From assembly GCA_043228905.1 (NCBI GenBank), contig JBHGNT010000020.1, positions 11,594,001 through 11,658,000 on the forward strand: DNA of 64,000 nt, read 5' to 3'. This document shows, piece after piece, positions 38,561 through 52,323 of the stretch. The stretch comes from Azolla caroliniana (lineage: Eukaryota > Plantae > Polypodiophyta). Under the pieces are notes generated by a model, which was given only the letters and a program-made list of their open reading frames with translations, did not search any database and was not told where the DNA came from. Positions within the stretch are counted from its first letter, which is position 1, and every line of letters begins with the position of its first letter. The position numbers and the translations under genes were made by a program.

Positions 38561-40892
38561 TCGCAACATCCTTTGGAGGCAACCCACGGATCGACCATTC
38601 CATGCTAGTCATATATCATTCATGAGTGACTTCGTGTGCTATAAAGACAACGTAGATGATCTCTCTATGTGTTTTAACATCTTCTAGATGGAAACTTGTG
38701 TCTCTTAGTAATGAATAAGAGGAATTGTCTCGATGTTTATTCATGTATCATCCACGAGTGGCATCTTATGATGGTCATATTGTAATAGTAACATTTGGTG
38801 GCCATAACATGGTAAAGAGATTATGTGGCACTACTCCTATGCCATTGATTTGAGCATCGTCTTGTCCTCAAAAAGAGGATGATAATATATTAGTGTCCTC
38901 TCGAGGTAAAAATTGTTATGTCTCGTTTGGAGTATCATGACTATAACATTCAAATTGTTTATAATTCATGAACGACATCATGTACCCAAGGCAAGATATA
39001 GGGGTTTCCTTTATTGATGCTAAAATTCTTGTCAATCATACTTGTAAGTTTTTCTTTTCATTGCCCAAACGCACCTATATCTTTGTTTCTTGATTGCCCC
39101 TACTCAACCTCCCAAAAAAGATGAGAAAAGGAATAATTGTCCACATAAATATTTGGCAAAGACTTGGCCACTACATAGTGGCAATTATAGAACCTGCACC
39201 TCGACCTTGTTAAGGTCCAGAAATACGATACTCTTACGCAAAGAGCATATATCATCTCCTTCACTAGCCATGCCACACTACAACCATCAAAAACTTGCCC
39301 CTGCCTCCATTATTGTAAGTGACAAGTACCCTTGTAGAATGCATTCTAACATGATGTTGCAAACAATTTTGCCTATCCATACATCAAACTATCATCATTT
39401 ACCACGTCCTCAACAAACTTTGTGGAGTTATGTTTCAAGGAAAACTCAACACACTTACGTCAAGGTTGAACTCGGGATGTAATCCCCATACCAAATGATA
39501 CTCATGCACTACTTATCTGCCACAACCTTACAACATGTTGCTTGGTGGACCAAAGCCAAGGCACAAAATAGAAGATTGTATGGTTTGTTTTCTGGATCCC
39601 TCAAGGCCTTCCATATTCAACCAAGGGAAAATCTTCAATAAAGACTTGAATATTCTCTAATTTCCCTTTTAATATGACATGTGATATATGCATTAAAAAT
39701 GTGCCTTTATTGGGACAACTAAGGTGCATATGTGTTCTATTAGAGGTCATCATTAACACCATTGATATGAAGCAATCTATAAGGGAATGGACAGATTAGG
39801 TACCCAACCAACTTTTTTTTTATGTTGATGACATTGACTTGGTTTTTATCCATAAATCCAAACATGCTATCCCAAAGAATTACATGTAACACATCTGAAG
39901 CAAATCAAGGATCTAATAATCAATGCAATCAATGTATTTCACATACCTAGACCCAAAAAGAAGCGGCAAGAACTTCACATTAAGAAATCATACCTACAAA
40001 CACATCAAACAGAATACAACACACCCATTGTTGAGTTGGTCAACTTCAAAACCATTGCGACTCAACGCATACATAATCACATGGGGCATACATGCAATCA
40101 AATGTGACCAATTCCCTTGACCAACCTCATACCATGGGTCACCATCAAGCAAACCACAAGTACCAGATACACCACCATCCAACTGATTTCAAAAACAGTT
40201 GGGTCAAGTCACTCTAGCCAAGTATTGCCAACTGATTTCTTAAAAGCGTAGGTAATCAACCTTCATTAGCACAGGGACGAGAGGAATGAATGTCTTTTTC
40301 CAGGTGCCACAGCTTCCTCAAAATTATATAATGGAATCCTACTGAGTGACGGAATGCTAGCAATGAAGGTCCAACCCCTAATCACCTCTCTAATCGTACT
40401 CTAGGTACCTCAATACATAGTCTACATAGGATATTATTTGAGACTGTTGCTGCAAAAATATTTCTCATTTCAAGGTTTCACCTTTCCAACTTCCAAGCTC
40501 ATTCGAGATCGTCTAATGCTCACAATTAGAGGAAAAATAATTCAACTAAACAACCATCATGATCATGAGCTATAAAGTTTAAACCATATATAAAATTACA
40601 AAGCAAGAATGTCTTTTTCCGAATTCTCAAATAATAAGTGGACGATATCTCTCAATATACCTTACAAATATATATACTTTTACAAACGACCAACTTTTGA
40701 CTAGTTTCACTCCCTACTTTGGAATACAACAGGGTCTGTTCAAAAGTAGTTAGTTTTCTGGCAACAGCCTTTCATTGGGTTTTTTCCCTCTTTCATTTGC
40801 AAGAACGAAAACACCAGCTTTTCTTTCGACTGCATTCATATAGTGGTTCAATGAATCTCTCCTACAAAAAATCTCGTGAACATTTATCGTCG

Positions 40893-43800
40893 TCACAATT
40901 TGTTAAGCAAGCCTCCGTACCTGCCTGCCATTCAAAGGAGTTAGCAAAAACATCGACATCATATATATTAGTACCATAATATCTAATCATCATTGTGAAT
41001 TTTAACCAAATATTAGTATCACAATATCTTCATTATCATAATAAAGAATTTAAGCCATATTGGTACACCATAATATCTTCATTATCATAATAAAGAATTG
41101 AAGGCATATTAGGACAATAAGGTATGAATATTAATATAAAGAATTTATGCCATATTAGTACCATATAACATCTTTCGTCACAATAAAGAATGTAAGCCAT
41201 ATCAGTACCATAACAGCTTCATCATCATAAGAATTTATGAACATACTTTCGCTTCTTCTGGCGACTTCGCCAAAAGCAAGCAACAGCTCCAAATCCACAG
41301 CTTGCAAAAGCTACAGCTAAAGCAGCACCAATAGGTACTGATGCAGCAGTAAGTGCAGCAGATTCTGGCACATCTGACACTATTTTCTTCGCTGAAATTA
41401 TAGAACCAGTAGAATTTGAAGGCGAAAGACCATGTCCATAGAATTTCACTAGAAAGAGATACACCTCTGCAAAAGAAAATGACTTCTGATCAGTACTATT
41501 GTCTGCCCCTTTGATAACTTCCGATTTCCAACATGATTTGCAAAGACTTTCTGGAGGCCAGGGCTGCTTTAAGAACACTGGATCAGCATTTCCAAGAGAT
41601 GCTTCCTCCTTTTGAAGCCTACTATTTACCTAAAATAAGGTGATGAACATAGTAAAGATTTCCATTAACAGACCACTTACGAAGAAGCATTGAGCATCAT
41701 ATTAACAAAAACTTAATATGGCAATTACTTGATTATGAACATCCCACAACCATATCGCCAATTGACGACGTGATGAAACTTTCAACTTCGCACTTCACCA
41801 CGTGAATAACAAGAGACAGTAGCTGATTTAGCACCAATAAAATTAACCAGAGGCAAAGCTTTTAAACGTGTTAATGGCATGCATACCTTGAACAAAATCG
41901 AAGAAAATGTTCACTGCATTCCTTGCAATTAAAAAAATTCCCAACAAAACCACAAATTGTCTGAAATGCTGTAGCAGCTAACCTATCTTCAACTCTCACA
42001 GACAGAGCATGGAATAGAAGCCACAAGCCACAACTGCTTGATGAAAGAACCAAGGAAAATCAAAACATATTTGAAAGGATTTAAGCATTATAAGAAAAAT
42101 CACAGCGAGATAATTATGGCTATTAGTATGTTGTCCAGGATATACAACGATACTTCAATGACACATATTGAATCATCATATAAAGCTCTAGTATATAAGT
42201 GCTGTCACACTCTAACCTAGCCCGTGATAGTGTATCTCATGGATATGGTGAGTGAAGCAAATAGTCTCTTTGATGAGACAGATACGAGATGGCAAACAAA
42301 AAAGAGCAATATATGGATGGGGTGGGAAGAGAAAGTAAGCAATCTCTTCAGCCATCACCAACTTATTCACCCGAAGAAAGACAAGACAAACTACTTTGGA
42401 AGAGATGATAATAATTGCTACGCCATCAACCCACATTTAAGACAGAAGTTGATATGGCTCCTAGCACACATATCTCGTAGGTTTCAATCTGCACTCAGAT
42501 TGCTCATGACAATTGAGAATCGGATTATTTCCAAGGATATTATAGATATTGAATAGAGATGCATATAGATGACTGCATTACACAGCTGCTACTATCAACA
42601 CCACTTGAATCGGATTGGATGTTAGAGATTTTGTGATACAGTATTCCAATTCAGAGGTCGCAATAGATTAGTGCATTCCACAGCTGCCATTATTGACACC
42701 ATTTGACTGGAGGTTAGAGATTATCCCAAAATCTTCTACAGCTTACCATATCAACATCATTTGGATTGGATGTTAGATATTTTGGTTTTTTCACACAGGG
42801 TATATAAGCACGAGCTAAGATGCACTCCACAGTAGTTGAGGATTGCAGCATTATTGAAGGTTTCACAGATGACAAGAGTGATTAATAAACCAGGAAAAAT
42901 ATGGCACCGCTGAAAAGGTATTGCCCGAAGAGTCGGATCTCATTTTCTAAGAATATGGAACACCACTGATCAGGAAGATTTCTCTGTACAGATTAAACCT
43001 TGATCATGCAAAAGCACAACCTTATATAGAAATGTTAGGAGTATATTTGCATTTGATCTTTACGTGAAACTCCCGTAAAGAGCTGGGCTAAATGCAAGTG
43101 GGGCACCGGTTATTGACAACTCATATCATTGCTGAGATGATGATCATTAGCTGATGTAGCCAGGACTAGTTACCCAACCATGCACTGCTGACAATTCTTC
43201 TACTCGCTAGAAATGGGAGACTAACAGAGGACATTTATACAGAAGTGACCACAGCTATCTGGATGAAGATTATTCATACTTGCAGACACGGATGAGACAT
43301 GTTACAGAAGACTCAATCAGATACGGAGACTTACTTCAGTAATCATAGAGTCTTTAATCCGTGGTCATATAGATTAACAAGGTGGTTTTAATTGAGCCAT
43401 TTAGTATGAAAATTACCCGATACAACCAAGTGAGATTTGTTTGTTAGGGTTTTTATTAGATTCCTATGCCAGCTAATACAGAAACTAAGTTTTCTATTCA
43501 TTGGATAACAAAATGAGCTGATATTACTACAATAACCATCACTTATTTGAGGAATGAGGTGTAACATGATCATGCAGAAGAGTATATTACCTGTAGCCTC
43601 GTGTATCTTTGCGACTGCCTCTACAAAAAATCTGTAATCGACCACAATCAGCAGCACATTAAAGAAAAAGTTGTCATTTTTTAAAGGTGAGTTGAACAGA
43701 ATATATTGCATGCCACAATTTTGAAAGCATCCATCACTTAAGTCTGATTCTTAATCCAAATTATGAACTTTGAAAAGATGCATTGCTGTACAGTGAAATC

Positions 43801-46800
43801 TGACTGTATAAAAGCAGCTATTCTATAAATTTTGAAGGTACGGTTGAACACAACCAGCACACAATAAGGAACAGATATTAGTAAAAGGCAGATTACTAAT
43901 GGAGAGCAAATAACATGATGGCAGCAGGGGAGTGACGTCAGAAAACCTTTGGACATGTAGGGAGTTCTTGATAAATATAAAAAGCAAGACGATGAAATAT
44001 GGAAATAAAATAGAAATATCGAAATGAAATATCAAGCTATACAGGATTTCAATAACCAATATCAGAAAGAAAATTCCATAACTTCAACGCCTTTTAACTT
44101 CTTTTAAATTCTTCATTAATGAGCACAGTTCCCCAAAACCTGCTCTTCATTTTTATGTTCATATGCAAAATTCAAAGAAAAATGTAATCAAAACTGTGTA
44201 AAAAGATCACATATAGGACTTGGCCCTGAATCTCTTAATCTGCAATATAAATAAAGTCAAGCTTGCACAAGGATAAAACACATCTGTATTAGCATTATCA
44301 GTTTCAACATTCGTAATGAGAGACTGACCCAATCGTCATGAGGTACATGATCACCACAAATATGGAACCTTTCTAATGCTTTAAAATCAGGCCCTTCAAT
44401 ATCCTTGACGCCAATGCCTGCCTCATTTTCTTGGCTCGGAAGGGAAGGCCACCAATCTTCTAAGCTCATTAACAAGTCTGCAGTGCCCTTCTTACAGCTT
44501 CATGAGAACATTTCTAACAGAATTAGTACCCTTCTCAGACATACATATTATAAATACAAAGAACAGCTGCATAATCATCTAAGGAATAAGTGATAACATG
44601 CAACAACTAGAAGCTTACTTTCTTGATGGGTGATGAACCACTAGCAACTGTAATAATTGAATAAACACGGGACGTGTTTTCCCATTTAGAAGCTACAGTA
44701 ATACCAGCTGAACGGTTAGTAAATACAAACAAGAACCATGATTATAAGAAAAATGAGAGCAAGGAAAATACACAAAATATGGTAAGAATATATATGTAAA
44801 TGAATACTATTTAGATTTTCATGGATTTCCTTTACTTTTAACTAACCTTGTCAGCCACAATAATATCCATTGCTTTGGCAGTTGCTTCTTCAATGTCATG
44901 AATTGATATAGCCACCTTCTCTACCAAAGAGACAGATCATGGATAAGCATTGTCAAGTCTGGTTTTTGTGACATACTCACAAGCTGAGAAACTTTCTTCA
45001 GTAACAAAGTAAACCTTAAAGTTTTTTGACAGACCTGTCCAAGGTCGAGCTCACCACCTCTTAATAATAATGGTTCATTGAAATATCTTATATCCTCCAA
45101 TGTATATGATCTGTCTCAAAAGAACATATAATTGTATACCATAAATAATTTTCAAATGCCTTGATATTTAAATCAAGTCGCAATGCTCCTACATATTTTC
45201 ATGAGACATTAAAATGTTACATTCACAGCTACAGAACTGGCTTTCAGTTTCGAATTTAGACAATAGGCAAACAATCACCATACTTGTTGATCTTTTTATT
45301 AACAACTTGAAGAAGAAGATCTGCCCTATGAGCATTTCCAATCATTTCCCAGTCAGCAGATGCCCCCGCCACCCATGCTGACTTCATTCGTGGTGCCCAA
45401 AACAAGGTAGGATAACGAGAAATCTTGAAATGGTCACAGAGCATGCTGTTTACCTATTTTATGGACAACATATTACTGAGCAACACATTCATTAAATTAT
45501 TGAAAACACAATATCATCTATAAAGGGAAACTAAAAGGCAATAACTAGTATTTTTGTGAATCATTGCTACCTTCAAAGCACAATCCACTTTTGCCATGAA
45601 TAATATACCAGGATGAATCGCATCTGGCCCATTAAAAAGTCTGGCAACCTTTTCATAATGGGGCTGTATATAATAGCAAAGAGATTGTATTAGTCATACA
45701 AATGTATTTACATAATAGAAAACTATGAGAGAGTCTGTTTTCTTACTTTATAATTTCTGCAAGCTGGGCACCTGTGAGATAATATAAACAAAAAACGAAA
45801 GCATTAAGTGCAAGTGCAAAAAGTACATTCCTTAGGAAGCAAAAAATCTCTAAATGTTTTATGATGCAGACCTTGACTTAGATCTACATCAAGATTCAAG
45901 AATCAAACCAAAATGGGTCTAAGTGAGGTCATGGAATGTGAGGCAATAATTTCTCTCCCCATGAGAAGAATGCATTCAGAAAAAAAACCAACAACCTACA
46001 ATGAGGCAGTAACATGTGAAAATCTCAAACGAGGTGATTCAAATAAGCTGATGAACAACAATTCAATACCACAGATTTCAGAATAGATGCATAGCCCAAA
46101 ATGGCATAGGTCCCTAAAAGATATAAAGTAAGCACACGTGCCTTTATACAAGGACAACTAGCATAATAATCTGAATGAGAACAGTTAACACATTATTTGT
46201 GCCAAATTTTACACCACTTGTGCCATTGCTCAACTCTATCATTTTTTATCTCAGTTAATCTTCAACGCTAACTATGCTGTTGTAAGGAACTTTGGGCATC
46301 AGTCTCATTACAATCACCTAGAAACATAAAGACACTAAATCTGCATATGCTGCATCCATCCATGGATGCAACAGAGTCTTTGCAATCACATCCAATAATG
46401 CATATGATCCACAAGAGATCCCCTCCATGGGAACTTCTAGTTGTTAAAGAATCTATCAAAGCAACATTGTTACATTCTATATTCAGTTCTTCACTAGATA
46501 GTGACTTGGGAGAGGTTAGACAGCTTGTCAATCCAAAATCAGCCATATCCATCCCTGAAGCAATTCAAATGTTCATTACCCCATGAAACACCAGATTCTC
46601 TGCTGTCACATTTGTTATGCCATTGTTCGGCACAAGTCCCATCACTACTGGAACTCCTGGGTCCAAATGATTCTATCATAACCACATTTGTTTCAGAGCC
46701 TATGCTCTGCTTCCACACTGAATAGAAACTCATGACGCAAAAGATTGTGTTTTCCAATATACATAAAACAATCCGGATCATATGGAGAAAAAACAGCCAG

Positions 46801-47637
46801 ATATTATCTTAAATTTCCAATACCATAGATCCTACATTATATCGGCAGACAATAAAATATCCTACCTACAAAACGCATCAATCATATTTAGACATCTACC
46901 ACCTCCCCTTTTAGTGTCTCCTTCTCTAGACCATAGACCACGATGTAACCGCACTACAGTCACATGTACAATCATAGCTTCGATCAACGATAAATATTTC
47001 CGTAATCAACAAAGTTGCTACACTAACCTGTTGGTATAGAGCATGATAATGATCAACACACTAAGATTATTTGTATGCCTATGCATTACATTCCCTCCCT
47101 CCTACTGGATCATCCTCAATGAGCATATACAATCCCTCTCCCTCTTACCAGATCGTTAACCAAAAATCAACAATTTCATATATATCCCTCCTATCCGATC
47201 AAGATCATACAAATACGTTAATCACAATAATAATAATTATTATTATTATTATTACAATTATAAAAAAATATTGTATGGTATCAACTAATTAATAAATCGG
47301 CAACTCAATAAAAATGCAGCATTCAAAATAGAATCATAATTTTAAAAAGAACAAAATTCGGTAGCCTAACTAACCAGTTGGCGTAGAACTCGACTATGGC
47401 GTAGAGAGCAGGAGCCGTGGACAAAGTAGAGTTGAAAGTGGTGGCATCCAAGGCAACAGCAAAGTCTTTCATTTCATCGGTCGGTGTTCCAGGCTTCTTA
47501 GCTTCGGATCCGACGGTAGTAGCGATACGAGATCCGTGGCAGAGATTGATTATTAAGCAGAAGAGATAGCTCAGAATAAGAATCCATCGCCAGAATGAGA
47601 AAAGAGAACATTTGCTGTGGAGAAACCGATCTGCCAT
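40893..47637 (-). CDS. QSOX: Quiescin sulfhydryl oxidase (thioredoxin + Erv/ALR, C-terminal TM)
   Basis: Signal peptide; exon 47637-47375 ends AIVEFYANW; microexon 45771-45747 CPACRNYK; 45663-45571 PHYEKVARLFNGPDAIHPG..VDCA; YPTLFW; HHPS; ICGDHVP; CRGSRKDTRGYSCGLWLLFHALSV; Erv CxxC FNCKECSEHF; WLWDVHNQVNSRL; WPPESLCKSC; TM VPIGAALAVAFASCGFGAVACFWRSRQKKRK; last exon 40921-40893 (TGA). Confidence 0.95.
40962..41240. repeat. ~45-50 bp tandem repeat (~6 copies) filling the last QSOX intron
   Basis: Repeated atattagtaccataatatcttcattatcataataaagaattt variants. Confidence 0.8.
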
Positions 47638-47864
47638 GGAATAACAAAAAAAGAAAAATACAAAAAGATCAGATTTAATCTGATCGGAACTCTGATAAGA
47701 TCTGGTTACTGAGGCTCAGTTGGCGATGGTGCAGGGCATCGCATTTCTCTCTCTACATATATATATATATATAATGTCAGAGAGACGAGAAGCGACAATG
47801 GCCCACAAATTGAAGGAAAATGTGTGACAGAGTTGAAACCCTAATCTCATGACAAATGTATGTA

Positions 47865-48101
47865 CCACATATGCATACACATACATACATACATACATAC
47901 ATACATAAATACATACATATGTATACACACATAACATAGCATTTATACATACATACATACATACATACATACATACATACATAAATACATACATATGTAT
48001 ACACACATAACATAGCATTTATACATACATACATACATACATACATACATACATACATAAATACATACATATGTATACACACATAACATAGCATTTATAC
48101 A

Positions 48102-48132
<31 letters not shown>

Positions 48133-48400
48133 GCATACACGCACATACATACTTACATGCATACATACGTATACACACATAACATGGCATTTATACATAC
48201 AAAACATAGCATACATACATACATAAATACATATGCATACAAACACATAACATAACATACAGACATGCTACATACATAACATACATACATATGCATACAC
48301 ACACACACATAACATAAGCTACCTGCACGCACGCATTGCATACATAAATTATATATGTATGCATACACACGCATATAATGTAACATACATACATGCTTTG
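47865..48400. repeat. (TACA)n microsatellite with ~76-bp higher-order units
   Basis: atttatacatacatac...aaatacatacatatgtatacacacataacatagc repeated about 3 times, then decaying. Confidence 0.95.
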
Positions 48401-48850
48401 CATACTTATTCCTCTTGCTTTCCATTATTGTTCTTCCCGATTCATTTGGGCACACTCTTACATGAGGCCGTGTTGATGAGCTCCAACATGTATCTGTGTG
48501 TGTGTGTGGTATAGCTTTCGGTGAAGAATATGGTTTTGGAGTTGGGTGCAACATATGTAGCATAATGTGTTAAGTGTGAGCCTCGACATTTCTCCTATAT
48601 CATGATACATTGGTGTTGCAAAATTGTTTCATTTACTGAGGAATCTAGCGATGCATCGTGAAAGCACATGGTTGGTTGCATCCCATCTTCCGAAACATTT
48701 TCCTTGTATCCAATTGGAACCCACAAAAAATAAATTTATGTGCCTTCTAGATTTTGTTGCATGCTTCCCGTTTGATTTTAAAAAGTCGATGTATGGGACA
48801 TTTTTGAACCTAAAGGATGTACTTGGTCACCCTTTTCGGTAGCTATGATC

Positions 48851-49330
48851 TCAATTGGAATTGATCATGTCCCGATAAGTAAGTAAGAGAGTGTATGTCA
48901 TTTGTTTCTTGAGTTGGAGAAACTTTGTAAGAAAATGTTTCTGGACATTTTCCAACTCTTTCCAGGTGGACATAAGGATACTTTTGCCCCATACTTCCAC
49001 ACCATGGAGCAACATCAATGTCACAAAAGTGTTAAGAATGTATTTCTCGAGGACCCAAAACTTAAATTCTCCATGATTGCACGTGTTCTCAAATGCATAA
49101 TATGTCTCTTTCCCGCCTCTAAGAAGTGGGTAGTACATCCATTCCATCTAATGATTTGAAGAAACTTCAAGGTCAATGTATTTGGAGCTTTCCACAATTT
49201 TAAGTGGCTCATACATAATGCATAATCTATCTTTTCTTAGCTCTTCACAAGCATACTCTTTGCTTTAGTGTTGTTGACACTTAACTTAGTATGCATGCAA
49301 AAATCTTCTAATGCCTTCATGAACACCATC
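48851..49330 (-). pseudogene. RTEX-like RT remnant
   Basis: FVTLMLLHGVEVWG..WKELENVQKHFL; upstream LEDFCMHTKLSVNNTK-like segment. Confidence 0.7.
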
Positions 49331-50663
49331 AGTTTTTCAGCACATGGCTAATGACATTTCCGAGATCTCTTGGACATCTTTCTAATCATCTATTTGATTT
49401 ATTCAAAAACGCAGGAAGCATGATTCTCATGTTCGTTGAGTGCTAAAATGACTACAAGAATATGGCCTTTATGCACAGCTAGAGAAGTGTATTTATTATT
49501 GCAAACATGTAGAATTCTAATGGTTTATCATCTCCCCTGAAGGAATCTTTATGGATCCAACTACCAAATGGAGTTGATGTCACAAACTCTATTATTTGTG
49601 CAATGTTTTCTAGGATTCCGAATTCGCAAGCTTACACAAAACTTATTTTGCTCTCACACAACTCATAAAGAAAGATCAAACATTTGTTTGGATTGTTGAT
49701 GCATATAATGATTTTTTGGGTCTCAAGAAAACATTTACATCCGCTTCTATTCTAGTTCATGTTGATTTGTAAAAGCCATTTATTATTGACCTAGATGTAT
49801 CAAATTTTGCATTGGGTAGTATTTTATCATAACATAGTGATGATGGGAAACTACACCCAATGGCTTTCGATTCACGCAAAGATCAATTCAGAGGTACATG
49901 ACAAAGAGCTATTAGATATAGTTGAATCCTTTGCACAATGGAGACATGTTTTGGAATGCTCTCCCCATCAAGTAATTGTATTCAATGATCACAAAAACCT
50001 CACTTATTTCTAGAGTGCTCGCTTGCCAAACAAATGACAAGCTCGATGGGCACAATTTCTTACTCATTTTGATTTCAATATTACATTTCTCCCAGGAAAG
50101 CAACAAGGGAAAGTAGATACATTATCACAACGTTTGTATCTAGCACCTCGTCCTGGTGATCCAGCCTTCGATAATAATAAAACAGGTAATCCTAGGTCCT
50201 CTATAGCTTTAAGCAACTATAATCTTTGATACTCCACTAGATTCAAACATTGCTAATACTATTCGTCATTAACTCAAGAACAATTTATTTGGTCAATACA
50301 TCTTAGATCATATTGATTTGCCTTGTGCATCTTGTTCTTAGTCACAACAGCTGGGGCGGATTATAAGCAATTCAACTAGCGTGATGGATTGCTCTTCTTC
50401 AAAAATCTTCTTTATGTTCCTAATGAACCATCTTACCTCCAATTCATACAACATTGTCATGATACATATATGGTTGGACATTTTGGCATCAATAAGATCT
50501 TGGATTTAGTAACATGATCATTCTAGTGACCTCATCTACGTAAATTTGTCGAAGATTATGTTTGCACATGCAATACATGTTGTAAAGCAAAGATGCCTCA
50601 AAATTATCTGTATAGTTTATTGTAGTCATTACAAATTACAAGTAATAGCCCATGGTCATACAT

Positions 50664-52323
50664 TGTCATGACATTGTGGCGTGAAATACATAGTTGGTAA
50701 GGATTCAACCTACAACCTCACATCAACAAGACGTCATGCTCAACCATTCTGATATGAGCGTATGCATTTGTATATAATGGTTTATTATTGTATAGTCTAA
50801 CATATAATACATTTCAGAATTAGAATATTCTAGTCGTAGTATATTCTACAAATATTGTACGGTATATTCTAGACGGGTATTGGTATATTATAGAGAGTAT
50901 ATTATAGAGATATTCAATCTCAGATAAATACTTGTAACCTCCTTGGTCCCTTTCAGGGGATTCAACACCAGTCATTGACACATCAATCTAGTATTATTGT
51001 TCGATTCCATCTTGTCTCGTTCATCTTTATCTTCGTGCTCTTGTGTCGTTCCTAGCTTCTTAAGTTCCACGCTATTAGCCCCATCATCCATGCTCAGTCT
51101 GAATACGCGGTCGGTGTGTCTGTGACAGTTTGAATCCCTTCCAACTAGAAGCATCACATGTCTTCGTCATCACCCTTGCTTCTAGAGTTACTATCGTCAC
51201 AATCCTTGCTTCCAGAGATACCGTCATCAACATCCTTGGTTTTAGGTACGCGTCCTTATCATCATTGTCTTCGTTTCCTTGCCTTCGACATCATTATTAT
51301 CAACACCTCTTGTTGTCTTCATCAAACATATTGATTTGTCAATTGCTCACCTTCATAGTTCTGGTGTGGGTTACAACCTCTCACTTTCCTGGAGGGGATT
51401 GAATCATTGCTCGTTTGCACTCCACTTTCATTTCGGTTCAAGTTTCCCTCCACTTTCCTTTGGCGAGGATCAATTTTGATCGCTCACCTTCCCAGTTCCG
51501 GTCGACGTTACAATCGCTCACTTTCATGGTGGGGATCGAATTATTGCTCGCTTGCACTCCATTTTCATTTTGGTTCACATTTCACTCCACTTTCTTTTGA
51601 TGAGGATCGATTTCGATTACTCACCTTCTAGTTCTGGTGGGGGTCACAACCACTCACTTTCTTGGTGTGAATTGCGTCGATTTCTCACTAGTGCTATTGT
51701 TTGTGTCGTGTTTTGGGTCAACCTCGACTATTTACCCTCTCATGATAGAAGAAGTTGAGTCGACCATTTCACTTGCACTCCTTCACACGTTGTTGTTCCA
51801 GTCCCCGATGAGGACCGCACATGGTCACTCCCGCCAGTTCGTGTTCTAGTTCAAATTCCTGGTGAGGATTGCACATTGTCGCACATGTTCCAGTTCTCGA
51901 TGAGGGTTGCATGGTCACTCACTCTCATTCCTGTTCCCGATGAGGACCGCACATGGTTGCTCGCATCCATCGATGTCCCGGTCTCTAGTGAGGGCCACAC
52001 ATGGTCGCTCGTGCTTGTCGGTGTTTCGGTCTCCGGTGAGGACCACACATGGTCGCTCACCACCCATTGGTGTTCATGTCTCTGGTGAGGACAATACCAC
52101 AGATGGTCGCTCACACTTGTCAGTGTTCCAGTCTCCGGTGAGGACCACATGGTCTCTCACGTCCGTTGTTGTTCGTGTCTCCGGTGAGGACGACACATGG
52201 TTTCTCACGCCCATTGATGCTCCACTTCCCGCTCACCCCTACACCACGGTTTCGAAAAGGAGGTCGTAAAGGGGAGGATAATGTCATGACACTGTGACAT
52301 GAAATACACAGTTGGTGAGGATT
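50664..52323 (+). mobile_element. Non-autonomous LTR element (TRIM/LARD-like) with non-coding repeat interior
   Basis: 5' LTR TGTCATGACA..GTCTGTGACA (50664-51127); PPT AAAGGGGAGGATAA; second LTR start 52282-52323 matches the first; interior of ~137-bp x3 and ~50-bp x8 repeats with no recognisable coding domain. Confidence 0.8.

Noticed and set aside
40725-40750. Short resemblance to plant U3 snoRNA (AACAGGGTCTGTTC)
   Set aside because: Only ~14 nt, no other U3 boxes; lies in the QSOX 3' UTR region.
42100-42380. PPR E/E+-like snippets (MLSRIY, EANSLFDE, IHPK) antisense in a QSOX intron
   Set aside because: Motifs are short and in inconsistent order; cannot be told from chance without a search.
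47716-48563. MYVC-repeat ORFs
   Set aside because: Translation artefacts of the (TACA)n microsatellite.
51790-52215. Hammerhead ribozyme/retrozyme (CCGATGAG plus GACC..GGTC stem) or CRISPR-like array
   Set aside because: The required GAAA after stem II and an exact CUGAUGA are absent; inter-repeat segments resemble each other, and the context is a eukaryotic LTR element with no cas genes.
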